DNA from: Hormiphora californensis
Taxonomy: Eukaryota; Animalia; Ctenophora
DNA: 64,000 nucleotides
Assembly (NCBI GenBank): GCA_020137815.1
Contig: CM035361.1
Coordinates: 3,038,001-3,102,000 of the forward strand
Direction of reading: 5' to 3'
A program made the position numbers and the translations under genes. Under the pieces are notes generated by a model. That model had not been told where the DNA came from and did no database searches. It saw only the letters and a program-made list of their open reading frames with translations. Numbering within the stretch: the first letter of the stretch is position 1; every line of letters starts with the position of its first letter. This document shows positions 25,528 to 39,036 of the stretch, one piece after another.

Positions 25528-26685
25528 CCTCTTCCACGTGGTCCAGGGTCCTCTCTTTACCCAGTTCCTCCCTCTATCTGATAAGCTCGCATATACACTG
25601 AGCCTTCTGTCTGACAGATTATCCCGGTTTTGATTTGAGATACAGTTGGACTCCGATGAAATGAGTTTTATCGAATGGCAATTATAATTTCTAAGTGACC
25701 AGACCACCGTCAATCGGTCTACATATTTTAATTATTCTGCTATTAACACACCCCCATTCAATTGGCAACATTAATTCTTATCCGCGTATGTAGCATCATA
25801 TAAACACTGATAAACTCTCGAATAAACTCACTCGTGGTGCGACCTATTAACGAATATATTAAAAACATTCCTTCTTCTCGCCAACTTCAACACACAATAT
25901 AATCAACGCTGAGGTAAGTTTTAATAAAAAGCTGCTAATCTGTGTAATTTCTTACTTGTATATAATTCCGTTTTGATATAAACCACCCTAGTAAAGGTCG
26001 CGCGGGCAATTATGGTGAAAATTGGCCAATCTACAAACATTAATGCGCGAATCCTCAACAATATTGGCCAATCTTTGCTGGATGCGCAAATATATTGGCC
26101 AATCTTCGCTGGCCATGGCTGAATTTCACAGCTGTTTCGCGCGCACACAACCCAAGATAACTGGTTTCGCGCCCCACGTCTATGCCACTCGTTGCTCGCC
26201 AAATCCCCCGGTAAGGGATCAGCCGATGATGCTATTTGAATAATGTTACTTTGCTGGCAACATGCTTCCAATGAGATTCAATAGCATGCAGCAATGTGAA
26301 TTGAGATGATCCAATTATGAAATGTTACTTTTCGGTAATCTGGTACAGTCTTATCGGTGCAGTGATACTATACTGATGTTAGGGATCAGAATGATTTGAA
26401 AAGTAGACACCAAGAGGATTGCAGAACACCCGGAATTTTGATTTTAGCATAACGGGAACCATTTCCTCCCCGTGGCGCCCTTTTTAGGGACCAAAACGAG
26501 GTCAGGGCCAGAGGGTACTCGCGAAATACGGTCCACGATCTCTGCGCCCCCAGCGACTCTCTCGACAGACACAAATTGGGTCGAGGAGAGTTAAAACTTC
26601 CTCAGAAATATTCAGGTGTTTTTGAATGACCGATATGAAAATTCAATTAAATGATATATATACCAACTAAAATTTAAAATTACAA

Positions 26686-26766
26686 GAGCGGATATGGCTC
26701 AGTTGATAGCAGCTTGTCTGTCACCCTCAGGGCGTCGGGTTCGAGACCAGAGCATCGACCCTTTTT
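26686..26766 (+). pseudogene. tRNA-derived (Asp-like) sequence / SINE-like head; second diverged copy at ~27550-27628
   Basis: A box TGGCTCAGTTGA, loop CTGTCAC, B box GGTTCGAGACC, then a T-run; stems poorly paired. Confidence 0.55.
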
Positions 26767-26938
26767 CCATATTTTTTAAAAACATTTTTGAAATTGGCAC
26801 AGTAGTGAATAGATTGGTTCAATCGAAAAATAAGAATGAACTGCCCCATTTTCAAATTAGAAAACACTTTATATGAATTTCATAAATAAACCACCGTAAT
26901 CCGGCTATAATCGTTCATGCGATTAAATAAGTTATTTG

Positions 26939-27072
<134 letters not shown>

Positions 27073-27774
27073 CTCCCTTACTATCTCAGTATCTCTCACT
27101 CTCGCGTTTGCAACATTGTTATCAATCACCTGTTAAAACTGGAAGAACTACAGTAAGTACTCGAGTACTCCAGTACACCAGATCTCTCAGTTCTCAAATT
27201 TGTGAACTGAGAGAACTCGTCCAGCGCGCGATGGTTTCGAGGTCAGTTCAGTAAATAGCCGTACTGGTGCGCGAACTCCAGTGTTTTTCTCAGTAAGTAG
27301 CCGTCGAACTGGAGTTCAGTTCAGTACGGCTGTTTTCCGCCTTAGGGACCAGAAAGATGTCAGGGTGGTGGCGTGGTGCTTGCGACACACACGCACCATA
27401 ACACATGCGAAATTTCCCAGGGCTCTCTCGCCAGACAGAAAGGGTCGAGGAGGGTTAAAAATTCCTCAGAAATATTAAGGTGTTTGGGAAAGACCCATGT
27501 GAAAATTTCATTGAATGATATATATACCTGCCAAAATGCGATATCATAAGAACAGATTTGGCTCAGTAGATCGGAACTGAGCTGTCACCCTAAGGCAACG
27601 GGTTCGAGTCCAGATGGGCAACCCTTTTCCCTCATTTTTTGAAAACACTTTTTGAAAATGGTGCAGTAGTGAATAGAATTGTAGACTGGTTCAATCGAAT
27701 AATAGGAAACAACTGCCCCATTTTCAAACTAGAAAACACTTGATATGAATTTCATGAATAAACCACCGTAATCC

Positions 27775-27833
27775 TTGCCAGGTTAGACTGTTTTTCGCAC
27801 GCCCCGCGTAAAGGGAGGGTTAGAACATAACAA
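27775..27833. mobile_element. 59-bp micro-element with 8-bp TSD (TTGCC…GTTAGAACATAACAA family)
   Basis: TSD cgtaatcc; empty site visible in the paralogous segment at ~26896. Other copies: 28424-28467 (TSD gggtttta), 50050-50115 (gctgcaat), ~17312-17369, ~59473-59519. Confidence 0.8.
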
Positions 27834-28938
27834 CGTAATCCGGCTATAATAATGAGATTCTGGTCTCCAATCTCCATCTAGTCTTTCTCTACATTCCCAG
27901 TATAACATCCCCTAGCCTTCACCCCGAGACATAAATCACACGCAAATTGCAATTTGGCAAAAAAAGATAAAAAGTTATTTGAAATTCCTCTCTCATGTCT
28001 CTCATTGATACAAATTGATACAAATAGCTCATGGTCCAAAGGCGGGATAAATCCAACCCTCAATATTCACCACAGTGTTATCTCGCTTGTAAATATGTGG
28101 GACAGTCACTCAGACGTCACATAATACTGTGTGATTTTAAATGACTGAGACTGCTCAGTGCTCTATCTCCAATTAATTGTGTGAAAACTATGGCATCTTT
28201 CGACTTTAAATTTTGGGACACGATAAAACATAGTTTCTCTTTTCTTCTCCCAGTTTTCCGCAAATTTCCATTTCCATTTCCTGAATGAACTTATTGCCTT
28301 AAAACTTTAGATCTCGACTAATTAGGCCTTTTGAGTGTGAAAATTGGAGCTGGAGAGCTCTATCGATTTCGTCCACGAACTACAGAATTAGTGTTGGTTG
28401 TTTGTGCTTTGATTAGGGTTTTATTGCCAGGTTAGACTGTTTTTCGCACGCCCCGCGAACATAACAAGGGTTTTAGAGAGAGATTAGTTCCACATAAAAC
28501 CCCCTCCACGTGGTACAAGTCACGTGATTTCACGCCCCATTTCACACTGAACCCATATAAGCCCCACTAACCTAGCACTAAAATTTCGACTAAACAGGCT
28601 GATAATTTAGCCAACCCAAAGGCTGTCTAAATTGAAACTTATTTTTACTATTGCGGAAATGCGTTCCCAAGAACGACCCCAAGAACGACCCAAAATTGCC
28701 AAAATGGCCACGGCTGTCTTTGACATACATGCTTACATGATGAACTTGAGAAATTGAAATTGTTTAAAATTGAAAAAATCATTTATAGGAACGAGATAAG
28801 AGGGCGAGAGAGAATTCCTTATGTGCATATCCCAGAAATATGAGAGGATATATGAAAGAGTATAATTAGACAGTACTTCTCAAGATATGTACTAGTATAG
28901 CAAAAGTATCAAAAGTAAGTATAACATATCTCTCTTAT

Positions 28939-28987
<49 letters not shown>

Positions 28988-29659
28988 CCTTCTCTCTCAT
29001 TCCCCTCTCTCCCAATCTCAGTCCCCCCTCTCATTCTCCCCTCTCATTCCCTCTTCTCTCCCAAACTCATTCCCCCTCTCATTCCCATCTCTCATTCCCC
29101 CTCTCATTCCCACTATATCCCAATCTCTCACTCCCCCGCTCATTATCCCCCTCTCATTCCCCCCTCTTTCCCAAACTCATTCCCATATCTCATTCTCCAT
29201 CTCTTTCCCTCCTATCTCCCAATCTCTCATTCCCGGTTCCCCATTTCATTATGCCCCTCTCGTTATCCCCCTCTCAGGTGTGGCACTGGCTATTAATTAT
29301 CGCACATTGAGAATCAAGTGTCCTGATTGGCCAGTGGATCTCTATCTCAATTCACACATTACGTTCCACGTTATTGAATGTCACGCTGATACCTTCACGT
29401 GATGGAAAAGAGAGAGTGCCCCATTGGGTGTCGCATTCTATCACATGTATAACACCTCAGTATCACGTGGATCGGACCAAGCTCCGAAACATGTTGTTCG
29501 TGGACGGTTTTCTAAAGTTTAGCGAAATAATAGTCGCTCACTAACTTGACTTCTAAATTTCAACACTAAACTGAATTTAGTTTCGTGGAGGACACCCAGG
29601 GAAGGAGAGGTGAAAACATGATGACCAGATGAGAGAAAGCTGCAGGAAGGATGTAGAAT

Positions 29660-29830
29660 AGGGCTAGAAAGGAAAGGTAAGATGTTTTACAAAAGGTTTA
29701 CAGCACGGGAAAGGGGGTAGAAATTGGCGAGAGGGCTAGAAAGGGAAGGTAAGATGTTTTACAAAAGGTTTACAGCACGGGAAAGGGGGTAGCAATTGGC
29801 GATAGGGTTAGAAAGGGAAGGTGAGATGTT
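29660..29830. repeat. ~61-bp tandem repeat, about 3 units
   Basis: AGGGCTAGAAAGGGAAGGTAAGATGTTTTACAAAAGGTT… recurs. Confidence 0.8.
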
Positions 29831-31870
29831 TCACAGAAGGTTCCTTGCATTGTGGTAACCGTTGCCGTGCATCCAACGCGACTTTCAGGCTTGCATTTTA
29901 AATAATTTTGCGCGGCTTTAACAGTTTTAGCGCGGCTTTACAATTGCGCGTTCTGAATAACAGCGAAGATTGGCCAATATATTTGCGCATCCAGCAAAGA
30001 TTGGCCAATATTGTTGAGGATTCGCGAATTAATGTTTGTAGATTGGCCAATTTTCACCATAATTGCCCGCGCGACCTTTACTAGGGCAGATGCGTCACGA
30101 TGCGATGTTTTTTTCAGTCCTTTTTTTCATTTTGAGTCTTTTCCTAAGAAAAGGGTCGGCTGAAAACGGAATATCTGTTGACCCGCAGACCATGGAAATT
30201 AATATTAATTAATCAATTAGTCGAGGTTTAGACATTTCAATTTACGCCAGGAAATTGCAGGATAGAGCTATATCTTTCACGTTTCTATAATTACGTTTCG
30301 TAAGACAGCAGTCACACATAACAGGTTCCTTGATCAGTTATATCTCTCAGATTCCTCAGAATTATCAATATCATTTCTCAAACGGTATCAGTATCTTCTC
30401 TCAGTTTCTCAGAATTTAAGAGATGGCCGGGTGGAAATTTAAACGATTGATGATCAGTGCATGCACCGATCAGCTGCATATATTGATCGGCGGTGGAGGA
30501 GAAGAGATCTCACTAATTAGATTATTAAAATTGCACGTACATCGATCTGCTGCTGCTGATGCACTTTTCCAAACATGCAGTTTCATTTACTGCTTCAATT
30601 TGTTGTCATGGAGATTTTAACATTCTCTCATAGTCGAATATTAAATTGTCGCATAATCATACTAGTACCTGTTTCGTTAATGTAGCCGTCAAGTTTTGAC
30701 GTCAAACGCTTTCGGCTTTTCATTCTGCCCGCTATATCATTCTTCTAGAACTTCTAGATACAGGGTGTCCCATATATTCTGTGGGTCGGTTGGCGAGCTG
30801 TCACGCAAAAACGGTGATAGTTGTGTGAAAACAGACTACGGGAGTGTGCTGGATTAATTCCTTCCTAACTGATGGCTTTGTTTTGAAATTAAATTTCAAA
30901 AGTTCATTTTTCATGAATGAACATTCCTGTCATTCATTCGTGAATTCTGAAATATTGTTTACCTTGAGTAAAAAACTTTTCTTTGGCTCGAAATTATCTT
31001 TCCAATGAGCACCATAAAAATCTAATTGAAGCACCGGGTCGCATGGCAGGTGAGAAAATGCAAATGCATGATTTTGGCCATTCCTGCGACTTTCAATCAG
31101 CTGTATCACCGCTACTTTTTGTTCAATCCTTTTAAAAGTTTGGGTGAACATCGGTGAAGATAAGATCTTTGCTCACAAGAAAAATCAAGGTCAAAACTCA
31201 AAGTTCATTTTTCATTTTTGGTAGTTCATTCCACTCATTCAGGAACAAACATCCCTAAAGTGACGAAAAGGTTTGGGTTTTGTTTGGCCCATGTCCTGAA
31301 ACGACAGAGAGGTGTAAAAACGTGTTTCCGGGCTAGTTAGTGGGTGTCCATGTGATCATTATGATATCTGACACCTTTGCTGAGCCATAATTAAGAGATT
31401 TTCTCAAAATCAAACATGGGATACGAGTATTCTGCGATTGGTATCGTGCACCAATAACAAGAGATCCCATAGCACCTCAGAAATTATGATTAGCTAAATG
31501 AAATGAGTTGATTCACGCTTGAAAATGTTCGTTTAGTCCGACTTTACATTGGTTTTAATCTTTTCAATCGTAAATCAACTCATCTCATTTAGCTAATCAT
31601 AATTTTTGAGGTGCTATTTTTGAAGCTGAAACACTTTGTTGGTAGTGATGTGCATGTGTTGAATTCAATAAATAGTTTTCATCGCCCACTTAGTTTTACC
31701 ATTATAGTACGGCCAATGGTAGCTTGCAATTGTTCTCACTGACCCAACTGAACTCATTTACAAACTTTCGATACAGTTCATTGTTCATCGTCTACTTAAT
31801 GCATACGGCGTTTCCTACTTGTATGAGTATGCGACTGAGAGAAAAAGAGAGAGGGAGAGAGGGAGAGAGA

Positions 31871-31950
<80 letters not shown>

Positions 31951-31973
31951 AAGAGAGAGGGATAACCTAAGTA

Positions 31974-32937
31974 GGCAGGTCGGTAGAACTTCGACAGAAT
32001 TTAGGGTAGGTCTGAATTTAGGGTAGGTCTGAATTTAGGGTAGGTCTGAATTTAAGGTAGGTCCGTAATGTATCGTTTATCAAAGCATTGCGATTCCACA
32101 TTAGGCTCTGATTAGGTCGCTGAACCGCGTCCCGTATCTCGTATCAACTCATTTCAATTCGATCTTTGTCACCGATTAGGTCGCTGAACCACGTCCCGTA
32201 TCTCGTGTCAACTCATTGAAATTCGAGGTTAGACACAAATTAGGTCTCTGAAACACGTCCCGTATCTCGTATCAACTCATTTCAATTCGATCTTAGTCAC
32301 CGATTGGGTCGCTGAACAGCGTCCCGTATCTCGTATGACGTATCAACTCATTGAAATTCGAGGTTAGCTACAGATTAGGTCACTGAACCACGTCCCGTAT
32401 CTTGTATCGAATCATTACAATTCGAGGTTAGACACAAATTAGATGGCAAACGAATAGTTTTTTTTTCTTAAATAGGTTTCAACTCAGGATGGAACTCTTA
32501 AAGTCTACGTGCATTTAAACTAATCAGTGAACAGTCAAACAGCCCTAATTTCATTTGATACGATACAGAACACAGTCTACCGACCTAACTCAGTTCACCT
32601 ACTTTAAGTAGTACTTAGTGTCGTTGACTAAGATGGAATTGCAATGAGTTGATACGAGATACGGGACGTGGTTCAGCGACCTAATTGGTGAATAATATCG
32701 AATTGCAATGAGTTGATACGAGATACGGGACGCGGTTCAGCGACCTAATCAGAACCTAATCTCGAATTGCAATGATTTGATAAACGATACGTTACGGACC
32801 TACCCTAAATTCAGACCTACCCTAAATTCAGACCTACCCTAAATTCAGACCTACCCTAAATTCAGACCTACCCTAAATTCAGACCTACCCTAAATTCAGA
32901 CCTACCCTAAATTCTGTCGAAGTTCTACCGACCTGCC
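31974..32937. mobile_element. 964-bp foldback element with 17-bp and ~62-bp internal repeats, GG termini, 8-bp TSD (Merlin-like)
   Basis: GGCAGGTCGGTAGAACTTCGACAGAATTTAGGG … mirrored; TSD cctaagta at 31966-31973 and 32938-32945. Confidence 0.88.
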
Positions 32938-33195
32938 CCTAAGTATACTAGTCGAGAGTAGAGAGGGATAGTAGTGTCTATTCGAAATAGTATAGGAACT
33001 ACATAACCAGCTAACAGCTCAGAGGAGCTCTAGAGAGGCTGCTGCTGCACTGCTGCAATGGAGAAAATTAAAGAGCAACATTTCCGGCCGGGATTTTATG
33101 CACATGCACCCCCTCTCTCTCTGCCTTTCTTCGTCGTTCTTCGCTTTTACATTATCCATCGCCCTTCTTGCAGCCTGAATATTATATATGACCAT

Positions 33196-33331
33196 TGGGG
33201 GGAAAACAGTCGAGTCGTGCCTGAACCTCAGGTTCAGGCCACGGCTATTTTCCACTGAAAACTGAGATCTCAGGTCTCAGGGGAAATAGCCGTGGCCTAA
33301 ACCTGAGGTTCAGGCACAACTGTTTTCCCCA
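33196..33331. mobile_element. ~135-bp palindromic MITE; related copies at ~7662-7770 and ~45503-45550
   Basis: GGGGAAAACAGTCG…GCCTGAACCTCAGG … CCTGAGGTTCAGGCACAACTGTTTTCCCC. Confidence 0.75.
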
Positions 33332-33626
33332 TTATTATTCAATGAACTAATGTAGCTATGTAATGTGGCTTTAAAATTTCAATACTTCTCCTGCTTATGG
33401 CGCCGGTCGGTATCCGAAGAGAGTGGATTGTCTGGTTTAGGCGCCAGGTGCCAGAAAAAAAAATAAATTTGTGACGAATTTGTGGACATCAACTATCATG
33501 GTGACAATAAATAATTGTTGGGTTAAAATCTTCAAAGAAATGTGCACATTTTGCGGTCATGTAAACAAGTCTTGTTAGCGGTCACTAATGACCTATAAAT
33601 TGTCTCCAAATGCCATATTGTCATGA

Positions 33627-33698
33627 GCGATGGTGGTGTAATGGTCAGCATAGTTGCCTTCCAAGCAGTTGATCCGGGTTCGATTCCCGGCCATCGCA
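33627..33698 (+). tRNA. trnG-TCC: tRNA-Gly (anticodon TCC)
   Basis: 72-nt cloverleaf GCGATGGTGGTGTAATGGTCAGCATAGTTGCCTTCCAAGCAGTTGATCCGGGTTCGATTCCCGGCCATCGCA with paired acceptor stem, A and B boxes, and a TTTT Pol III terminator a few nt downstream. Confidence 0.96.
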
Positions 33699-34173
33699 CT
33701 GACTTTTGTCAAAAATTTGTTTTTACAAGCGAAAGACTTTTTTAGTTCTGAAATTTTTTTTGGACTTTTTAGTTAAACTTTCAAGTTAAAGTTTCTAGAT
33801 TGGCAATCACCCGGGCGGGGAAAAGTGATGATTGATGGTGGGCCATTGGTGTCGTCAATTCTAACATATAACCGATTAACCGGGAATTCGCGAATGCCCA
33901 GTTATGTGTTAGAATGCAATCGCATTGCAGGTTGTCTCCTCGCGCTGCGCCAAAAGAGACATCAGATAATGTTATAACATGTTAAGGTATAAATTGCAGC
34001 AATTCATAACCCGTAAACCACCGTCTCTTACAACTTAAATGTCTCCCCGCACCATTTGTCTGAGGTCGCTTACCATCTTTTTCCGTCGCAAAAACAGTTT
34101 CAAACAGAGCAGAGTTTTAACGTCAAATGAGTTATATACTTGAACTGTTCAGCACTGCCTAACTCCAGTTAGT

Positions 34174-37020
34174 GTGTGTGTGTGTCGTGTACCTCCCGTA
34201 CTTCCACCCACTTGCTGTCGTTGGGGAGCAGCGTTCCCTAGATTTCACAGTTCTCTCCTCAGGTCACCAACACACATGGCTGCCCAGAGCGCCGTGCTCG
34301 ATCTCCCGGTCAGGCCCCACCAAGGTAGCGCCGGGTTTCCCCGGTACCCCCTAGTAGTGCCCTTCCATTGGAAGACACGAGTCGACAGACGAGAACTGTT
34401 TCGATAAAGAGCATGAATTAAGGTCACCACCAACAGCGGGCGCACTAGTACTACTGTACCAGTCTTACGGTACTGGGTTTCTCCAGAATAGGTTAAATCG
34501 CCGAACGATAGTGCGCGTTCATCTTCACCACGATGAGGCACCATTTGTGCACTACTACCTGCCTGTTTCCAGGCGTGTACCTCTGATCGGGGTACAGTAG
34601 TAGGGTTCGGTCCATCGAGTCGTCATAGCAGCTATGATCGAGTCGACCCAGGTGGCGCTGTTCTTTCTGTTTTGCCAATCTAGCTGTGGGGGGCCAGTCC
34701 AAAGGCTAGTGACTTGGTTTGTATTGCGCTTTTGCTAGTTGCGGATTTGCTTCTGCCGTGATGGTTTCAACAGACTCTACCTGATGAGATCAGGACTTTG
34801 CCAGTATGCACTTTTAAACTACCATTGGTATAGAGTCGTTTTGGTGGTAGCGTTATATTTTATTTGAATAGACCGGATTTGGTGACTACATTGGTGAGTT
34901 TCCTTAGTTCTAGTGGCTCGTCTTCATTGTATATGTTTTCTTTGATGTTTTGGTACTCTTGTGTGTGTCTGAGGTGGTCAAGGTCAGGACAGTTTAGTAG
35001 TTTGTGTTTGGAGTTTTCTCTTGCCCCGCATAACTCACAGTTGGGTTTTATGGAAGGGTCTCTGTGGGAGAGGGCACTTCCCAGGCCAGGTTGTTCTGGC
35101 CCGATATGGCTTTCTTTAATAATCTTCCCGATAATCGTTGTAGTGAACTCAGAGTACTTTTTTGTCTTTAGTTCAGCGATTATTCCTGTCTTGTGTTGTT
35201 GTTTCAGCTTTGCCGTTATTTGGCTCTTTGTTTGTCCCAGTGCATTCTGGGTGTTTTTGCTGTTTGCAGTCGCTTGTTTTGCTATTTGATCTGCCCTCTC
35301 ATTACCTTCTATGTTGCAAGGGCCTTCACCTTTACTATTTCTACGCCATTATCTCTTTGCAGTTTGTGTATACTTCGTAGGGTTTCAGTTAGTTGTTTTG
35401 GGTTTGAAAATTTTCTTGTTTAGTCTTCTCAGTGTAGTGCTAGAGTCGGTGTGGATCACTAGATGTGACTCCTTTGTTCCCATTTCTAGTAGTTTCTTTA
35501 TTACCAAATGTATTGCCAGTAGCTCTGCTTGATTTATGGTGTTTTCGGGTGCAAGGGGCTCTTTGAGGATGATTTCCTGGTTATCCATGTAGATTATGGC
35601 TCCTGCCTCTGTCATATGTGTTGAGTCTTTCTTAATTCTTGACCCATCTGTACACACGTTTATTATTTTGTTCTTGCTCAGTTGGGAGTTTTGTTCAAAG
35701 GTTATATCGGTGTGTTTTGTCTGGTCGATGGCATTAGGAATTTTTAGGCTTGTTATGAGTAATTTCATCGCTTTCGAGTGCGTTAGATGAGCTCCTTTTT
35801 TGTGTGGAACGGGTCTGTCCACCAGTTTCCCTTAGCCTTCAGGTGTATATAGTTATTGATACTTTCTTTGTTGATATGGTAAGTGACATCGTCCACTCCT
35901 GCCATTGTGGTTAGCACTATGTGTTGAGTGTGTTCGTGTCCTCCGGTGATCCTTCGAGTGATAGAGTTCTATGCTGCTTCCAGTTTCATCTTGAGTGTTT
36001 GGTTTTTCAGCACTTTCTGTCCCCATATGCCTGTCCCGTATGTCAGGGTCTTCATAAGTATATTGTCGTGAACGTATCTGCCTTGGGCTGTGCTTATTCC
36101 CCATTTTGTTGTCATGAGGTGTCTCAGTGGTCTCGCAGATCGTTTAATTGTTTCTGTTTTATTTTGGACGTGGGCTTTGTAGTTTAAGTTTTTGTCCAGG
36201 GTTATTCCTAGATACATCGCCTGGTTTGTGACTGTGATAGTGTAGTGCTAGAGTCGGTGTGGATCACTAGGTGTGACTCCTTTGTTCCCATTTCTGGCAG
36301 TTTCTTTATTACCAATTGTATTGCCAGTAGCTCTGCTTGATTTATGGTGTTTTCGGGTGCTGTTAGTTTGCCAAAATCCAGTTTCTGGTCTCTGTCATAT
36401 ATGTTTTGTTGTATCGTGTATCGCCGATACTATCGGAAATTTAAATGTTTCAATATCAAGCAAAAGTGAAAAAAGATATCTATAAAGTCGCCTGACCGAG
36501 ATTTGAACCTGGCATCTTATGCTTCTTAGCCCAGATTGTGGCCATTAGACCACGGAGCTGTTAGGTACAGTGCAATTCAGATATACTTATCCTGTGCCGA
36601 GATTAGAAATTTTGGCAGAGGTTCCCCAGGGGCTCCTGGCCCCTACTCGGTTTTTCAAGAAAGTTCACCCGGCCAAATTCTGGCCCGCCGGTGCCTGTTA
36701 TTGGAGCAACAGGAGCCCTTGCACAAAAGCTTTATTGGCACTTGAGTAATGTTGGTATATATATACTAAGTGTTATCGTGTTGGTCGTAGGGCAGGATTC
36801 CCTCAATTTGTGTTAATACCATTTGTTACAGTTGACCGCACTTTATTGATCCATCAGGCCCCAGGATCGCGGCTACGGGACCTATCCCTGGCCTTTCCCC
36901 AGAGAGACCTCCCTCCCCGGGTCCTTCCTGCGAAGGACCCGCAGCACCCACCCCCCATGAGATTAGGCCCTAGGCTGCCACAGGGAGTCAGAAAATCCTG
37001 TCACCTGACTCCCCCCGCAG
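34174..37020 (-). mobile_element. Internally deleted, degenerate non-LTR retrotransposon (I-group; R1/Loa-like) with RT C-terminus, RNase H and CCHC knuckle
   Basis: YLGITLDKNLNY…KWGI (35969-36217); RNase H TDGS…AELLAI…TDS…GNERADQIAK (~35280-35660); CELCGARENSKHKLLNC (~34990-35040); several stops and frameshifts; (CA)n tail at 34174-34185; 14-bp TSD taactccagttagt at 34160-34173 and 37021-37034. Confidence 0.88.
36487..36559 (-). pseudogene. tRNA-like/SINE-head sequence inside the LINE derivative
   Basis: Minus strand TGGTCTAATGG (A box) and GGTTCAAATCT (B box) at tRNA spacing; no clean cloverleaf. Confidence 0.4.
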
Positions 37021-37317
37021 TAACTCCAGTTAGTAACGATTACTAGTATCATCTAAGCACAACTTTATGCAGACTTCTTACAAAAGTCATTAGTCGCTTC
37101 CAAGCCTTTTACTAGTCCTTTAAAAGACTATAGCTAATTCAATCACTGCCTATGTAGTTGCTGCTTTTATAATAGCTGTTGAAACATATCCCATTAGTGT
37201 TACACAGCTGGTGTGACGGTGTGTGTGTGTGTGAGAATCGTTGAAAGTTTGACACTTTGACACCGCACTAAGTGTTTTGGTGATTTCTATTAGTGCGAGA
37301 GAGAACTACTACACGTC

Positions 37318-37372
37318 ATGACCTACGTTTACAAATCCATCACAGCCGAAGATGTCCTACCCATTGCCCAAG
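37318..37372 (+). CDS. Candidate alternative first coding exon C (MTYVYKSITAEDVLPIAQ)
   Basis: ATG, 55 nt (18 codons + 1), donor AAG|GTAATT; phase 1. Confidence 0.45.
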
Positions 37373-37675
37373 GTAATTTACTATTCAGGATTTTTGAACA
37401 TCAACAAATCCAGGAGATATCGTACCGGTTACTTAAAGCAACCGGATTCACTATAAACTAGTAGAATAAGTTAACATATGATGAATCATATGAAACAGCC
37501 AGTCGGTATGTTGTGATCATGACAATACCAATGGTTTTTGTAAAACTTTCTCGATGTTGTCATTGACTCACAGCAGCGTAAGCACATCATCAAAATTATC
37601 TTTATCTGTTCACATCACGTCTACAAGTTTCTTAGTGTTTTGTTGTTGTTTTTTTCTCTCGATTGTTTTAAAATC

Positions 37676-37727
37676 ATGGCAAGTGGATCTTATTCTTATT
37701 CAAACAAGTACAAAAGTAAAAAGAAGG
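37676..37727 (+). CDS. Candidate alternative first coding exon D (MASGSYSYSNKYKSKKK)
   Basis: ATG in good context (ATCATGG), 52 nt (17 codons + 1), donor AGG|GTAAGT; phase 1. Confidence 0.5.
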
Positions 37728-38317
37728 GTAAGTTAAGGATTAGCTGTCAAATATTTTATTTGCAAATAAAATCATTTGCATAATCTGTAATCTACTAATT
37801 CAAAAATTGGTTAAAAGGTTATGCGTTTTAAACATTTGTTCCATAGAAAAAAATATAATGGGTTATGCCATCATTTAATAATGGATCATTATTCTTAAAG
37901 GAACAAAAAATGCTTTAATGCCAAATCAGTGTTTTTATTCATCAACATTATAATTATATTTATTGATTCTGTAACTAATGCAACAATTTATTTCCTTCCA
38001 TATACATGTCCCAAAAACAGTTCGCCCTAACTTTTTAGCCCACATATTTGTTTCTGTAAATTTCTTGGAATAGAGAGGGACTACCGAATATGGTGAATGA
38101 GAGTTGGAGGGGGGGGGGAAGGTAATAATATGTAGATTGAAGTTTTCGTTAATGAAGATAGACTTTGTCATAAAGACAAGGGCGAGAAGAAAATGAAGAG
38201 AAATGCTAAAGGAGCTAGGAGAGAATAAAGAAGACGAGAGTGAGCCGTGAGGGTGAGAGTAGAAAAAGGAAAGATAAATAGAAAGACTATAGGGAGAGAG
38301 AATGGGGTGTAGAGAAA

Positions 38318-38414
<97 letters not shown>

Positions 38415-38924
38415 AGTGAGTTTCATTTTCCGTTCTAATTGACAACCAGTTTTCGCTGGACGTACACGCTGTAGTTCTTTAATTAAAACAGCTCTACTTC
38501 TTCCCTTCTTTTCTATCCCTCACTCACTTTATTTCTCTCTCTCTCTCCCTCCCTCTCCCTCTCTTTCTCTATGTCCCTCTCACTATCTTTTTTATCAATG
38601 TCTCTTTTTCATACTCTATAGTGTGGCCTTATTTTCTCGAAATTTGTATTATTTTCTTGAATAACTCGAATTATTAAAACAGGAAACCTCAGCCTGTAAA
38701 CAATAAAGGACTAGAATTCTCTCTCTCCTAATCTGAGCAAAGTGGAAAGCAACTCAATAATCATGCTGAATAGCAGCTTAGCCTACTAGGTCATGTCATG
38801 CACATTAGTTATTCTCTTCTTGCTTCCTATCTCATTTTCCCTTGTTTCACACTCCATCATGCCCACTCCCATTTTCACTCTCTCTTTCTTTCTCTGTCTC
38901 TCTGTCTCTCTCTCTGTCTCTCTC

Positions 38925-39036
<112 letters not shown>

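Noticed and set aside
30761-31700. Mariner-like element starting TACAGGGTGTCCC
   Set aside because: No matching right TIR nearby and no recognisable transposase; only an internal inverted repeat (31471-31616).
34781-34830. CTGATGA as a second hammerhead core
   Set aside because: No stem II followed by GAAA.
36840-37020. HDV-like ribozyme at the LINE 5' end
   Set aside because: Hairpins are present, but I could not build the nested double pseudoknot (P1/P1.1/P2/P3) by eye.
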